NCBI GenBank assembly: GCA_044372065.1
Contig: JBILSO010000001.1
Span: 941-64,940 of the forward strand
Source of the DNA: Candidatus Planktophila sp.
Lineage (GTDB): Bacteria > Actinomycetota > Actinomycetes > Nanopelagicales > Nanopelagicaceae
DNA length: 64,000 bases
Direction: 5' to 3'
Shown: positions 51,256 through 62,277 of the stretch, piece after piece
Numbering within the stretch: the first letter of the stretch is position 1
How the letters are laid out: each line of letters starts with the position of its first letter
Translations under genes and position numbers: made by a program
The notes under the pieces: model-generated
Seen by the model: only the letters and a program-made list of their open reading frames with translations
What the model was told of the DNA's origin: nothing
Database searches by the model: none

Positions 51256-52386
51256 TTACTTCATAAAGTCTGGCACGTCGATCTCATCTTCTGCGACGAG
51301 CTCTTCGAAAGTGACACGTTTAGTAGGCCTAGTTGCATCAAGATCTATCGCAACCTGCAGAGGATCGTTATCAGGAAGAGGATCAGCAACGCCGCCCAGA
51401 GTAGCCGCATCAATAACGGGGACGGGAACCTTCTTTGGTTCTCCCCCATCAAAGCCTGCAGCGATCACAGTGATACGAACTTCGTCACCGAGGGCATCAT
51501 CAATCGTTGTTCCAAAGATAATTCGTGCATCAGGATGTGCTGCGGCTTGAACAAGTTCACAAGCCTCATTAATTTCAAAGAGGCCAAGATCTGAACCGCC
51601 AGCAACTGAGAGTAGAACTCCCATTGCACCGTCGATAGATGCTTCAAGCAGCGGACTGGAGATTGCAAGTTCGGCAGCTCTGACTGCTCTGTTTTCGCCG
51701 CGGGCTGAACCAATTCCCATAAGAGCCGAACCAGCATCTGTCATCACAGTTTTCACATCTGCAAAGTCAAGGTTAATTAGTCCAGGTTGAGTAATAATCT
51801 CGGTAATTCCCTGAACACCTGAAAGTAGAACCTGATCTGCACTTCTAAACGCGTCTACAGCAGTGATATTGCGATCAGAGATTGCGAGAAGTCGATCATT
51901 TGGAATAACAATCAGAGTATCTACCTCGCTGCGAAGAAGTTCGATGCCTTCTTCTGCTTGACGCATGCGAATCTTTCCTTCAAATGAGAACGGGCGAGTA
52001 ACTACGCCAATCGTGAGTGCGCCAAGATCGCGCGCGATTTTTGCAACGATTGGTGCGCCACCTGTTCCAGTTCCGCCACCTTCACCTGCGGTGACAAAAA
52101 CCATATCTGCTCCGCGAAGAATTTCTTCAATTTCTTCAGTGTGATCAATTGCAGCTTGACGTCCTTTTTCAGGAGCTGCACCTGCACCTAAACCTTTTGT
52201 GGAAGCGCGGCCAATATCTAACTTCACATCAGCATCACTCATAAGTAAATGTTGTGCATCTGTATTGATTGCAATGAACTCGACGCCCTTGAGGCCAACA
52301 TCGATCATGCGATTGATCGCATTGACTCCTCCGCCACCAATTCCAACAACTTTGATGACAGCTAGATAATTCTGCGGTGCAGCCAC
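51256..52386 (-). CDS. ftsZ: Cell division protein FtsZ
   Basis: GGGTGTG tubulin motif, INLDFAD, C-terminal DVPDFMK. Start GTG 52386 (MAAPQNY) after SD GAGGAGG. Confidence 0.98.
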   Translation of the reverse strand: MAAPQNYLAVIKVVGIGGGGVNAINRMIDVGLKGVEFIAINTDAQHLLMSDADVKLDIGRASTKGLGAGAAPEKGRQAAIDHTEEIEEILRGADMVFVTAGEGGGTGTGGAPIVAKIARDLGALTIGVVTRPFSFEGKIRMRQAEEGIELLRSEVDTLIVIPNDRLLAISDRNITAVDAFRSADQVLLSGVQGITEIITQPGLINLDFADVKTVMTDAGSALMGIGSARGENRAVRAAELAISSPLLEASIDGAMGVLLSVAGGSDLGLFEINEACELVQAAAHPDARIIFGTTIDDALGDEVRITVIAAGFDGGEPKKVPVPVIDAATLGGVADPLPDNDPLQVAIDLDATRPTKRVTFEELVAEDEIDVPDFMK

Positions 52387-52402
52387 GTGAGTCCTCCTCA
52401 TG

Positions 52403-52522
52403 AACTATAAACCTCGCCTTGAGACTTACGATTCATCTCTCTAATGGCCGTCAACTTAGGCTGATCAAAGGCAGCAATCAAATACCGACTCGAACTAATT
52501 TCTCATCTACACCTTGAGAGTT
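52403..52522 (-). promoter_or_regulatory. ftsZ promoter region with two related operator-like sites
   Basis: TAAGTT -10 candidate at 52453-52458; CCTTGAGA (plus strand) at 52417 and 52512; TCTCA-N9-TGAGA at 52501-52519. Confidence 0.5.
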
Positions 52523-52557
52523 TTTTACAAGATTTTTTTCCTCATTTACTTCACAAC

Positions 52558-53250
52558 TCACTTAACGATAGGTGCATATGGTGCTACAACATCAATCACT
52601 TTAATTCGCTTATTTTCAGGCAATTTAAGCAGCTTGTTGATCACGGATATTTTCAATGCAATGTCTTGACCGTCTCCCCATCGAATGCGGATATCGCGAC
52701 CATCAAGAGTTGAGTTCAGGGTAAAGGTGTTAGTTGAAGTCGCTACCATCGACGTGATGCTCCTTCGAAAACTCTCTGGCAGCTGGGTAAAGAGCTCATT
52801 AGCCTTCAGGGCGCTATCTGGATTGTTGGCTGAAATGAGAGCAAGATCAGGATTGCTAAATCCAGGTAATGAGAAGAGCTGACCTTCCTCATCGATGGTT
52901 TGTCCGGGTACTTGATCCGAATTAAAGAAGGCTAGGGGCTGGCGGGGAGTTACTTCGATAGCAACAACTCCGCTCAACCAGTCTCGCGAAATGGTTACAT
53001 CTTTGACCCAGGTTAGCTTCTCAACTCTCCTAGCAACTGATTGCGGATTTACTCTTGCCAGCTGCTGGCCCACCTCAATCTGACTCCTCGTCTCTATATT
53101 TTCCTGAACGGACGTTGTTGGAGCTCCTTGGATCTCGATTTTCTTCACGGTAAAAATCGAGGACCATCCCAAAAAGTATGCCAACACGATAATCAGCACT
53201 CCCACAATAGCCAACGGGGGCGAGAGAAGTTTTCGTGTGCGAGATGACAT
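52558..53250 (-). CDS. ftsQ: Cell division protein FtsQ/DivIB
   Basis: Short N-terminus, one TM helix, POTRA-like region, IRWG...IDVVAPYAP; lies between murC and ftsZ. Confidence 0.9.
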   Translation of the reverse strand: MSSRTRKLLSPPLAIVGVLIIVLAYFLGWSSIFTVKKIEIQGAPTTSVQENIETRSQIEVGQQLARVNPQSVARRVEKLTWVKDVTISRDWLSGVVAIEVTPRQPLAFFNSDQVPGQTIDEEGQLFSLPGFSNPDLALISANNPDSALKANELFTQLPESFRRSITSMVATSTNTFTLNSTLDGRDIRIRWGDGQDIALKISVINKLLKLPENKRIKVIDVVAPYAPIVK

Positions 53251-54656
53251 TAGTTACTGGATGGCGTTTCGAATCGTCGTTCAAGTCCAAGAGCGATGAT
53301 TGGCGCTAAAGAATTTACATCTCCGGCACCAAGCGTCAGGATTACATCTCCAGGTTTTGCCATCGAGATTATCTCCTCCGACGCCTCGAGGAAATTAGGA
53401 ATAAATTTTCCGCGTTGCATTTTTTGCGAAATCAGTGAGGCACTCACACCTGCAATAGGTTTTTCACTCGCTGGATATATTTCCAAAAGGATTGCTAGGT
53501 CTGCAAGATCAAGAGTCTCGGCGAATTGCTCTAGAAATGCTTGAGTTCTGGAGTATCTGTGAGGCTGAAAGATCACAAGAACGCGACCGTCTCCGGCATA
53601 TCGGCGGGCTGCTGTAAGCGTGACATCAATTTCAGTTGGGTGATGGCCATAGTCATCAATCACTCTGATTCCTGCAATACTCGCTTTGAGTTCAAACCTT
53701 CGCCCAGCACCTTGGAATGAGGACAACCCTTCGAGCAGATCGGCTGCTGGCTGGCCAAGAGAAAGACCCATTGCTAGCGCCGCAGCTGCATTGAGCAGAT
53801 TGTGATGGCCTGGGACTTGCAATTCCAAAGTTCCGATCGCTCTACCCTTCCATAAAGCACGCGCCGTTGAACCACCCGGCAACAACTTAACGGAGTCGAT
53901 AAGGAGATCAGCGTTCTCATCTTGTCCGTAAGAAACTTTGGTGGCCGCAAAATCAGTCGCCGCGATCTTGACCGCTCCTTCATCATCCCTGCAGTAGATG
54001 AAGAATCCATCTGGGCTAATTGATTGGGCAAACTGTGTGAATATATCCATCACAGACTCTTCAGTAGCAAAAAAATCAACATGATCATGTTCAACATTTG
54101 TCACAATCGCGCTAAATGGGCGGTACTCGAGAAATGAACCATCGGATTCATCTGCCTCGGCCACAAAGAGTTCCCCGGTTCCACGATGAGCATTTGAACC
54201 TGAGGCAGTGAGTGATCCCCCAATTGCAAAAGATGGATCTACGCCGCAGGCTTGAAGTGCGACAGTGAGCATTGAAGATGTTGTTGTTTTTCCATGGGTT
54301 CCTGCCACAGCAAGACTCTTGCTCGAAGACATGAGGATGGCGAGAGCTTGTGCACGAGTCAGGAGTGGAATCCCTAACTCCTTTGCTCGCTGTATCTCTA
54401 CATTGCTAGGTGCAATTGCATTCGAATAAATCACAACATCAACGCCTTCAAGATGTGCGGCGTTGTGACCGATATATACATCTGCACCGAGAGTGCGAAG
54501 CGCTAAGACAACAGATGAATCCTTAGAGTCACTTCCAGATACTCCAAGTCCGTGAGAAAGAGCGATCCGAGCCAACCCACTCATTCCAGCGCCCGCGATT
54601 CCTATGAAATGAATTCGTTTTCCAACCCAATGATCGAGAGTTATTTGAAGCATCAT
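53250..54656 (-). CDS. murC: UDP-N-acetylmuramate--L-alanine ligase
   Basis: HFIGIAGAGMSG, AGTHGKTTT, EADESDGSF, DDYGHHPTE, FQPHRYSRT. Confidence 0.97.
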   Translation of the reverse strand: MMLQITLDHWVGKRIHFIGIAGAGMSGLARIALSHGLGVSGSDSKDSSVVLALRTLGADVYIGHNAAHLEGVDVVIYSNAIAPSNVEIQRAKELGIPLLTRAQALAILMSSSKSLAVAGTHGKTTTSSMLTVALQACGVDPSFAIGGSLTASGSNAHRGTGELFVAEADESDGSFLEYRPFSAIVTNVEHDHVDFFATEESVMDIFTQFAQSISPDGFFIYCRDDEGAVKIAATDFAATKVSYGQDENADLLIDSVKLLPGGSTARALWKGRAIGTLELQVPGHHNLLNAAAALAMGLSLGQPAADLLEGLSSFQGAGRRFELKASIAGIRVIDDYGHHPTEIDVTLTAARRYAGDGRVLVIFQPHRYSRTQAFLEQFAETLDLADLAILLEIYPASEKPIAGVSASLISQKMQRGKFIPNFLEASEEIISMAKPGDVILTLGAGDVNSLAPIIALGLERRFETPSSN

Positions 54657-55760
54657 CTATCTTTCGCGACCCGAAAGTTGATGTTCAGCTAAAGCTACAA
54701 TCTTTGCGGCGGCCTCAAGATCAGAAAAATCTGGAAGATCACTGAATTGATCGCTCGCAGCCAACATGGAGTCCATGTTATCCAGTAGCCAGCTGGCGGT
54801 GAATGAACTCTGTTCGAGAACACGCGCACGCCCCTTCCGCACCAGATGATCAGCATTTACCGACTGCTCTCCATTGCCTATCGGAAGGGGGATGAAGAGT
54901 GCGTACTTTCCAAGTGCATTTACTTCAGAGCATGTGATCGCACCGCTACGTGCAATTACTAAATCAGAGGCAAGGTAGGCGGTAGCCATATCTTCTATAT
55001 AAGGGATTGGGTGATAGTTCTCATCGCTAGCTGGCAGAGTATTGGCTGCTCCCACAGAGTGCACAATGGTGATTGGCTTACCTTTGATTAACTTTCGAGA
55101 ACTTTCGATCACGCTATTGATGGCTTGAGAACCCTGTGATCCACCGAAAACTAGGAGAACTTTGTTCCCGCTGTGAATTCCGAGATCAGCTTTGGCTTTA
55201 GCTCTGATTGCATTCCACGTATCTGCATCTGCATTTCGGTGGGTAGTTAACAGCTCTGCGATGTCATCGCGCAGGGGTAGACCGGTAATCAGTGCTTGAG
55301 AAAAAGGTCCATGAGTAACAGGAGATCCCACTGCCAGTGCATCGGTAAAGCGCGCCCCAAGTCTATTTGCCCACCCAGGTTCTGCATTTGCTTCGTGAAT
55401 GACGATTGGAACCTTGAGTGATCGGGCTGCCAAGTAGGCAGGAGCGCAGACATAACCCCCAAAACCGATAAGAAGATCTGCATCCTTAAGAATGTTTTTT
55501 GATTCACTCATTGAACGGCGCAGTGATCCAGGAACTTTCAATAGAACTGGTGATGGCGAACGCGGAACACGGACGCGTGTAATCAGCTCAAGGCTGAAGC
55601 CTGCCTGCGGAACTAGTTTTGTCTCCAGACCAGATGAAGTCCCAAGGAAGACGATCTGATCAGCTGGATGAGCTTGCTTCCATAATCGCGCAACTGAGAG
55701 CGCGGGCTGAATATGCCCCGCAGTACCTCCCCCTGCAAAAACTACTTTTCGACTTCTCAT
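54657..55760 (-). CDS. murG: Lipid II GlcNAc transferase
   Basis: GGGTAGHI, GFGGYV, HEAN, GGSQGS, RSGA, GEQSVNA. Confidence 0.97.
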   Translation of the reverse strand: MRSRKVVFAGGGTAGHIQPALSVARLWKQAHPADQIVFLGTSSGLETKLVPQAGFSLELITRVRVPRSPSPVLLKVPGSLRRSMSESKNILKDADLLIGFGGYVCAPAYLAARSLKVPIVIHEANAEPGWANRLGARFTDALAVGSPVTHGPFSQALITGLPLRDDIAELLTTHRNADADTWNAIRAKAKADLGIHSGNKVLLVFGGSQGSQAINSVIESSRKLIKGKPITIVHSVGAANTLPASDENYHPIPYIEDMATAYLASDLVIARSGAITCSEVNALGKYALFIPLPIGNGEQSVNADHLVRKGRARVLEQSSFTASWLLDNMDSMLAASDQFSDLPDFSDLEAAAKIVALAEHQLSGRER

Positions 55761-56936
55761 TTATCGATGCAATCTTTGTGCGACAAAATTCTTCACTTCT
55801 GACTTTATCTCAGGGTCTCGAAGTGCACTCGATGCAATAAAAGCGATGCCAAGATAAGTGGCAATCAGCGCCGAACCACCGTAAGAGAGAAGAGGCAAAG
55901 TGACGCCCACAACTGGAAGAAGACTTACGGCAGATCCAATATTGAGAATCGTTTGAATAGCAATCCAAGACGCAATTCCTGCACAAGCAAAACGTGTGAA
56001 TGAATCAGTTGATCGCATTGCGATACGAAGAGAACAGTAAATGAGCGTTCCGAGTAGTGCCAAAATGAAGAGAGTTCCAAGTAGCCCAAGTTCTTCGCCG
56101 ATGACAGCAAAGATAAAATCGGTATGTGCTTCAGGAAGATTGCCCCACTTCTGTCTGCTTCCTCCCAGACCGACGCCAAAAATTCCACCGCTTGCTAGCC
56201 CCAAAAGGCTATGGGCTGGCTGCCATCCCTCATTCTTATACTGAGCAGGATCAAAGGGATTAAGGAAAACACTCCAGCGTGCTGCTCGGTATTGCGTCGT
56301 TGCGATCAAAAATCCGATTGCAACAGCCGCAGTTGCAGTCAGAGTTCCAACAAGGCGTAAGGGAATTCCTGAGACAAATAGCAGACCACCAAGAATTGCC
56401 ATGAGAACAGATGCTGTGCCGAGATCGCGCCCCCACATGACAAGAGCGCTGGCGATGATAAATCCTGGCGCAATGAGTGCCAATACGTTTACTCGCATGA
56501 AGCCTGCATTAAGTCGCGATGCCAGCAACTGTGAGGCCCACAAGATGAGTAGAAACTTAGCTAGCTCGCTCGGTTGAACATCTACAACTTTGAGCGATAT
56601 CCAGTTCTGGTTTCCATTGACCGACTTTCCAATTCCAGGAATTCGCACAACGAGCAAGAGTGCGATTGAAATTACCAAACCAAATCTGGCGAGTAGCTTC
56701 CAACGATCATGCGAAAGTCTAGAGAGGAGGATTGCCATCGGAATACAGAAGGCCAGGAAGATAAGTTGGCGTATAAAAATTGCTATGGAAGAACCCTTGG
56801 TATCGAGTGAGTAAATAGAGGAAGCCGAGAACACCATCACGAGACCGATGATTGAAAGCAGCCCTGCCGAAATCACCAAACCGTAAAATGCGGCTGCAGG
56901 ATTCTGTAACTTGTTCTTAGTCGGTGCCTTACTCAT
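55761..56936 (-). CDS. ftsW: SEDS peptidoglycan polymerase FtsW
   Basis: MVFSAS, QPSELAK, DLGT, LPEAHTDFIFAVIGEELG, GVTLPLLSYGGS. Confidence 0.97.
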   Translation of the reverse strand: MSKAPTKNKLQNPAAAFYGLVISAGLLSIIGLVMVFSASSIYSLDTKGSSIAIFIRQLIFLAFCIPMAILLSRLSHDRWKLLARFGLVISIALLLVVRIPGIGKSVNGNQNWISLKVVDVQPSELAKFLLILWASQLLASRLNAGFMRVNVLALIAPGFIIASALVMWGRDLGTASVLMAILGGLLFVSGIPLRLVGTLTATAAVAIGFLIATTQYRAARWSVFLNPFDPAQYKNEGWQPAHSLLGLASGGIFGVGLGGSRQKWGNLPEAHTDFIFAVIGEELGLLGTLFILALLGTLIYCSLRIAMRSTDSFTRFACAGIASWIAIQTILNIGSAVSLLPVVGVTLPLLSYGGSALIATYLGIAFIASSALRDPEIKSEVKNFVAQRLHR

Positions 56937-58324
56937 CCCAGAGCCTTCCGTACTGCATCAGCAAATCGATCGCCACGATCGGCATAGGAAACAAATTGAT
57001 CCATTGAGGCACACGATGGTGCGAGAAGAACTGTATCTCCTGCACCAGCGTGAGACTGTGCAGCAGCGACGATAGCTTCCATGAATGAGTTCGAGGCTCC
57101 CCCGCGCTGGTAATCAGATGGTGGGTCAACTTCAATTACCTTCACATGTGGAGCGTGCTCTGCCAGTGCCGTTGCAAAAAGTGCTCGGTCTGTTCCGATA
57201 AGAATTGCTGTTTTGATGCGTGGGTGAGCACGCGCAACCAGAGCGCTCACATCAGCACCTTTTGCCAAACCACCGGCGATCCAAATGACAGAGAGAGCTG
57301 AAAGTATTGATGCAGTGGCTGCATGCGGGTTCGTCGCCTTTGAATCATCAATCCATGTAATGCCATTGCCCTCTGCCACAACCTCGATGCGATGACGACC
57401 AAGTGTGAATTCGGAGAGTGCCTTGCCGATGGCTTCGTGCGAGATACCTACCGTGCGGGCTAGTCCAGCGGCTGCTAAAGCGTTAGAGACATTATGTGGA
57501 ACGGTTGGCTTCACATCTACTACTTCTGCAATCATCGATGCTTCTTGTGGATCTGCGACAAATGCACGATCGACAAGGAGTTCTTCAACAACGCCAATTT
57601 CTCCCGGTCCTGGAGTATCGAGAGAGTAAAAAACTTTTCTGCCATTCCAATGTGCTGTGCGAGTGACTACTTCTTTGTCGTCGCCATTAAGAATTGCTGT
57701 CATTGAACGGTCAAGGATTGAAATCTTGGCTTGCGCATAACTTTCAAAGCTTCCATGCCAATCAGCGTGATCATCTGCAATATTCAGGATTGCCGAAGCT
57801 ACAAACTCGGCACGTTGCAGCCAATGAAGCTGGAAACTTGAAAGTTCGAGTACAAGTACGTCATAGGACTCCGCACTATCTACACACTCAATGACGGTCA
57901 TGCCCACATTGCCACACGCCACTGCATGTAATCCTCCAGCACGCAGCGCTGCCGCTGTCATTTCAACAGTAGTTGTCTTTCCATTCGTTCCCGTGAGAGC
58001 CAACCATTTCTGACCCGGGGATCGCTCTTCTTTAATCGCCCAAGCAAGATCTATTTCGTTGAGCAATGCAATCTGATCGCCCTTAGCTTTTTGAATCAAA
58101 GGGTGTGACTCTTTCCAGCCAGGGGAGATGAGAAGAAAATCAAAATCAGAAACGCTTACTTCAGATGGATTTGATATTGAGAATTCGCTATCCGATGCGA
58201 CTGTGTCATCAACAATTGTGACGTTTACATCCCGAGCAATCAGTGCACGGGTAGAAGCAAGCCCCGTAACACCAGCACCGAGCACAAGGACTTTCTTATG
58301 CTGCAGATCTTGGGAGAAACTCAT
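56933..58324 (-). CDS. murD: UDP-MurNAc-L-Ala--D-glutamate ligase
   Basis: GAGVTG, TGTNGKTTT, GNVG, ELSSFQL, DDSKATN, LLAPSCASMDQF. Confidence 0.97.
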   Translation of the reverse strand: MSFSQDLQHKKVLVLGAGVTGLASTRALIARDVNVTIVDDTVASDSEFSISNPSEVSVSDFDFLLISPGWKESHPLIQKAKGDQIALLNEIDLAWAIKEERSPGQKWLALTGTNGKTTTVEMTAAALRAGGLHAVACGNVGMTVIECVDSAESYDVLVLELSSFQLHWLQRAEFVASAILNIADDHADWHGSFESYAQAKISILDRSMTAILNGDDKEVVTRTAHWNGRKVFYSLDTPGPGEIGVVEELLVDRAFVADPQEASMIAEVVDVKPTVPHNVSNALAAAGLARTVGISHEAIGKALSEFTLGRHRIEVVAEGNGITWIDDSKATNPHAATASILSALSVIWIAGGLAKGADVSALVARAHPRIKTAILIGTDRALFATALAEHAPHVKVIEVDPPSDYQRGGASNSFMEAIVAAAQSHAGAGDTVLLAPSCASMDQFVSYADRGDRFADAVRKALG

Positions 58325-58346
58325 CGATAATTACTCGCAAGCGCCT

Positions 58347-59405
58347 TTAGCCTGCAATCCAATCTGCGTAGAAGAGACCAAGTCCGCCTGCAACGCAGAG
58401 GCCAGCAATGATCCAGAATCGAATCACGATCGTTACCTCTCCCCATCCCATGAGTTCAAAGTGATGTTGTAGTGGGGCCATCTTGAAGACTCGTTTTCCA
58501 CCGGAAATTTTGAAGTAAAGAGTCTGGATAATCACTGACATTGTGATGATGACGAAAAGTCCACCTAGCGGAATCAAAAGTAGCTCGATGCGCAGCATCG
58601 TTGCGATTCCGGCTAGCGCGCCACCGAGGGCAAGTGATCCAGTGTCACCCATAAATATCTTTGCAGGCGAAGCGTTCCACCACAAGAATCCAGTACACGC
58701 ACCGGCAAAGGCGGCAGCCAAGACTGCGATATCAAGTGGGTCTCTTACTTCATAACAATTGATTCCTGGTGAAACCGCGCAGCTCTGTCCAAACTCCCAG
58801 ACACCAATCAGTACAAATGAGATGAATGTAAGAACTGAAGCACCTGATGCAAGTCCGTCAAGACCATCTGTGAGATTAACTCCATTACTTGTTGCGGTGA
58901 CCATGAGCGCAACCCACACAACTACCAAGACAGCACCGAGAGTAATTGAAGTATCTCTCACCGTTGAAAGCTGAGACGAAATTGGTGTTAACCCATCCGA
59001 GTCTGCAAACTTAGTTCCCAAATATGCAAATACTGAAGCAACGACAACCTGTCCGAATAATTTTTGGCGTGAGGTCAGTCCCTGTGATTGCTTTCTTGAG
59101 ACCTTAAGCCAATCATCCAAAAACCCTACAAGTCCTAGTGCGACTACGAGTCCGATTACTAAGACCGCCGAAGCAGTGATGGCTGTTCCACTCAGGAGAT
59201 GTGCAATGAGATAGGCAGCAATTGAAGCGACGATAATGATAATTCCGCCCATTGTGGGCGTTCCGCGCTTGGTATGGTGAGATGACGGACCATCGTCACG
59301 AATGATCTGGCCATACCCCTTCTTAGCTAATGCGCGGATTAGAAGTGGCGTGCCAAATAGTGAGAGCAGGAGTGCAAAGCCACCAGCAGCAAGGATTGAC
59401 TTCAC
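58347..59405 (-). CDS. mraY: Phospho-MurNAc-pentapeptide transferase
   Basis: [43 protein letters not shown]. Confidence 0.97.
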   Translation of the reverse strand: MKSILAAGGFALLLSLFGTPLLIRALAKKGYGQIIRDDGPSSHHTKRGTPTMGGIIIIVASIAAYLIAHLLSGTAITASAVLVIGLVVALGLVGFLDDWLKVSRKQSQGLTSRQKLFGQVVVASVFAYLGTKFADSDGLTPISSQLSTVRDTSITLGAVLVVVWVALMVTATSNGVNLTDGLDGLASGASVLTFISFVLIGVWEFGQSCAVSPGINCYEVRDPLDIAVLAAAFAGACTGFLWWNASPAKIFMGDTGSLALGGALAGIATMLRIELLLIPLGGLFVIITMSVIIQTLYFKISGGKRVFKMAPLQHHFELMGWGEVTIVIRFWIIAGLCVAGGLGLFYADWIAG

Positions 59406-60796
59406 TCTTCTCCCCCTGCTTCTCCTGTGACGATGTTTGCCTTAACTACTTCTTCGATCTCTTTTGCAAGAATTTCAAAACTTTCCGAACGCGATGCTTT
59501 TACAAGAATTACATCTCCCGGCTCAATCTGATGCGCAATAGCGCGGGCGCTATTGCGATCACAAATATGAAGGTTTGTTTGACCGTCACTCTGTGGCGCA
59601 GGTTGATATTCCGGTGCATCTACACAGACAAGATGATCAATTCCCATCTGATAGGCAAGGGTGCCAACTTGTTGATGGGCTGAGGCTGATGACTCGCCGA
59701 GTTCAGCCATTTTTCCTAAAAATGCCCATGCTCGCCCGCCCCGTTCCTGTGCGAAGAGTATGAGAGTACGAAGAGCAGCCTCCACGGCATCTGGGCTTGC
59801 GTTATATGAATCATTGATGAGGAGTACCCCAGAGAACTCGTGAATCTCCATACGCCATTTGCTCTCGATAATTGCAGTGGAGAGCGCAGTTGCAATTGAA
59901 TCTACTGAGAAGCCGAGTGCGGTACCTACCGCTGCGCAGGCAAGGGCATTTGAAATTTGGTGCTCGCCCACAATCCGAAGACCCACTGCCGCTCGACCTG
60001 CAGGAGTTACCAGATCAAAGTGTGGGCGGCCTTCGCGCATTTCAATTTCTGTAGCACGAACTTCATCTGTGTGCGCGGTTCCAAAAGCAATCGTTCGACC
60101 ATCATGCAAAATCTTCATTGCCTTTGTGTACGGATCGTACTGTCCCAGAATTGCAATACCAGTGCTCGATAGCGATGAGATTAATTCTGACTTTGTCTTT
60201 GCTATCGCTTCTATCGATCCAAATTCGCCAACGTGAGCCATTCCCACTCGAAGTACAACGGCGATATCTGGCTGAGCTATGGATGCCAGATGTGCAATAT
60301 CTCCAGAGTGACGAGCTCCCATTTCAATAACTGCGTACTTTGTTGTCGAGGAACAAGCTAACAGCGTCAACGGTACGCCTAACTCATTGTTGTAATTTCC
60401 AGCTGGGGCAACGGTTTCGCCATGTTGGGAGAGCATGTGGCGGAGAAGATCTTTTGTCGTTGTCTTTCCCTGTGAGCCTGTAATCCCAATAACCGTAAGA
60501 TCCTTTAGTTCTGATCGTACAAAGCGTGCCAAAAGGGTCAGGGCAGTCGTGACGTCTGCGACAAGAACGTGTCTATGAGCGACAGTGCGCGTGGTAATTG
60601 CAAGAACCGCTCCATGCGAAAAGGCTTCGTCGACGAAATCGTGTCCATCAACTTTCTCACCTTGAATAGCTAAAAAGATTCCACCTTGCTCAACCTCAGA
60701 GGATTTCAAAGTTGGTGCAGCAGTGACCAAGATATCGTCACCTGAAAGGGTGCCGCCGATAATCTGGGCAATCTCTGAAGCCATCATGGAGTTCAT
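59402..60796 (-). CDS. murF: UDP-MurNAc-tripeptide--D-Ala-D-Ala ligase
   Basis: [44 protein letters not shown]. Confidence 0.97.
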   Translation of the reverse strand: MNSMMASEIAQIIGGTLSGDDILVTAAPTLKSSEVEQGGIFLAIQGEKVDGHDFVDEAFSHGAVLAITTRTVAHRHVLVADVTTALTLLARFVRSELKDLTVIGITGSQGKTTTKDLLRHMLSQHGETVAPAGNYNNELGVPLTLLACSSTTKYAVIEMGARHSGDIAHLASIAQPDIAVVLRVGMAHVGEFGSIEAIAKTKSELISSLSSTGIAILGQYDPYTKAMKILHDGRTIAFGTAHTDEVRATEIEMREGRPHFDLVTPAGRAAVGLRIVGEHQISNALACAAVGTALGFSVDSIATALSTAIIESKWRMEIHEFSGVLLINDSYNASPDAVEAALRTLILFAQERGGRAWAFLGKMAELGESSASAHQQVGTLAYQMGIDHLVCVDAPEYQPAPQSDGQTNLHICDRNSARAIAHQIEPGDVILVKASRSESFEILAKEIEEVVKANIVTGEAGGEE

Positions 60797-62274
60797 CGTG
60801 ACTCCTCCAAGATGCTTGCAAGTACGAGGCGATCATCAAAATCTATTTTCTGACCATTGATCTCTTGCCCGTTCTCATGTCCTTTACCCAGAACAAGAAG
60901 AGTGTCACCAGGCTGGCAGAGTGAGACTGCATAAGCGATCGCCTCATGGCGATCAGTGATTACTCGAGAGGGCTCCACAACAGATAAATGCTTACTCATA
61001 TCTTCAAGAATTTTTCTAGGATCTTCACTGCGTGGGTTATCGCTTGTAAAGATAGCGATACCGGATTCCTCAATCAGGGCGCTACCCATCAATGGTCGCT
61101 TCGAAGCATCGCGGTCTCCCCCGCAACCTAAGACTGCAACGACCTTTCCAGTAGTGAATTCGTTAGCTGTTGCAATGACATTTCGTACCGCATCAGGAGT
61201 GTGGGCGTAATCAACAAGGGCTGTGAAATCTTGACCGCAATCAACGGACTCCATACGTCCAGGTGCTCCCTTAAGGCGTGGGATGAGCGCCGCGCAATCC
61301 AGTGGATCGATGCCACACTCTATTGCGATTGCAAGTACTAAGAGAATGTTATCTAGATTGAAATATCCTCGAAGAGGTGTTGAACTCTCGATCAGGATTC
61401 CACCAGCGCCACGAGCGGTAAAGGCTGTACCACTTGTGGTCGGAGTGATCGAGATGAAATGCCAACTCGCTTTGGGATTATTGCGCGATAAGGAAGTAGC
61501 AGGAATGCCGCATTCGTTAAACAGGCGTTCTCCGAATTCGTTATCGATATTGATAAATGCTTGATCAGCGTATTCCAAGGTAAAGAGGCTTGCCTTCGCT
61601 TTAAAGTATTCTTCCATGCCCTGATGAAAATCTAGATGATCTTGTGAAAGATTTGTAAAACCAACCATTGCAAAGTGCGATCCCACCATACGCTGCATCA
61701 CCATTGCATGACTTGAAACTTCCATCACAAGGTGTCGCAGATGTCGTTCGCTCATTGTTGCGGCAAGAGCCTGAAGCGCATCTGCCTCGGGTGTTGTTCT
61801 GGCGCTGGCGACGCTATCTCGACCAATACGAGTCTCGACAGTACCGATCAGACCACTTTCCCTGCCTGCTTCTTGGAAGAGTTGGTAAAGCAAAGTGCTT
61901 ACTGTTGTCTTTCCATTCGTTCCAGTGATTCCAATACTGACCATTTCTTGCATTGGTTTTGAGTAGAGAAGTGCACTCACGAGTGCACCTGCGGTGCGAG
62001 CGTGGGGAGCGACAATCACTGGAAGTCCCGCGACAATCTTGGCACCATCTGCATCAGTGAGAATTGCTCGAGCGCCACGCGAAATGGCGCTAGAGGCAAA
62101 GTGTGCTCCATGCGTATTCGCTCCCGGATAAGCAAGGAAGAGATCTCCCTCAACTACATCGGCATCACTTGAAGTAGCGCCAGAAAATGTCAATGACGGA
62201 TCAAGATCAATCTCTAAGCCAATGAGACGAGAAATTTCTTCAACTGAAATGGTGTGATCAAGGAGTGGGCGCAT
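60793..62274 (-). CDS. murE: UDP-MurNAc-dipeptide--diaminopimelate ligase
   Basis: ITGTNGKTT, TTPEA, MEVSSH, DHLDFH, VDYAHTPD, SDNPR (DAP-type specificity motif), GKGHE. Confidence 0.97.
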   Translation of the reverse strand: MRPLLDHTISVEEISRLIGLEIDLDPSLTFSGATSSDADVVEGDLFLAYPGANTHGAHFASSAISRGARAILTDADGAKIVAGLPVIVAPHARTAGALVSALLYSKPMQEMVSIGITGTNGKTTVSTLLYQLFQEAGRESGLIGTVETRIGRDSVASARTTPEADALQALAATMSERHLRHLVMEVSSHAMVMQRMVGSHFAMVGFTNLSQDHLDFHQGMEEYFKAKASLFTLEYADQAFINIDNEFGERLFNECGIPATSLSRNNPKASWHFISITPTTSGTAFTARGAGGILIESSTPLRGYFNLDNILLVLAIAIECGIDPLDCAALIPRLKGAPGRMESVDCGQDFTALVDYAHTPDAVRNVIATANEFTTGKVVAVLGCGGDRDASKRPLMGSALIEESGIAIFTSDNPRSEDPRKILEDMSKHLSVVEPSRVITDRHEAIAYAVSLCQPGDTLLVLGKGHENGQEINGQKIDFDDRLVLASILEESR

Positions 62275-62277
62275 GGC

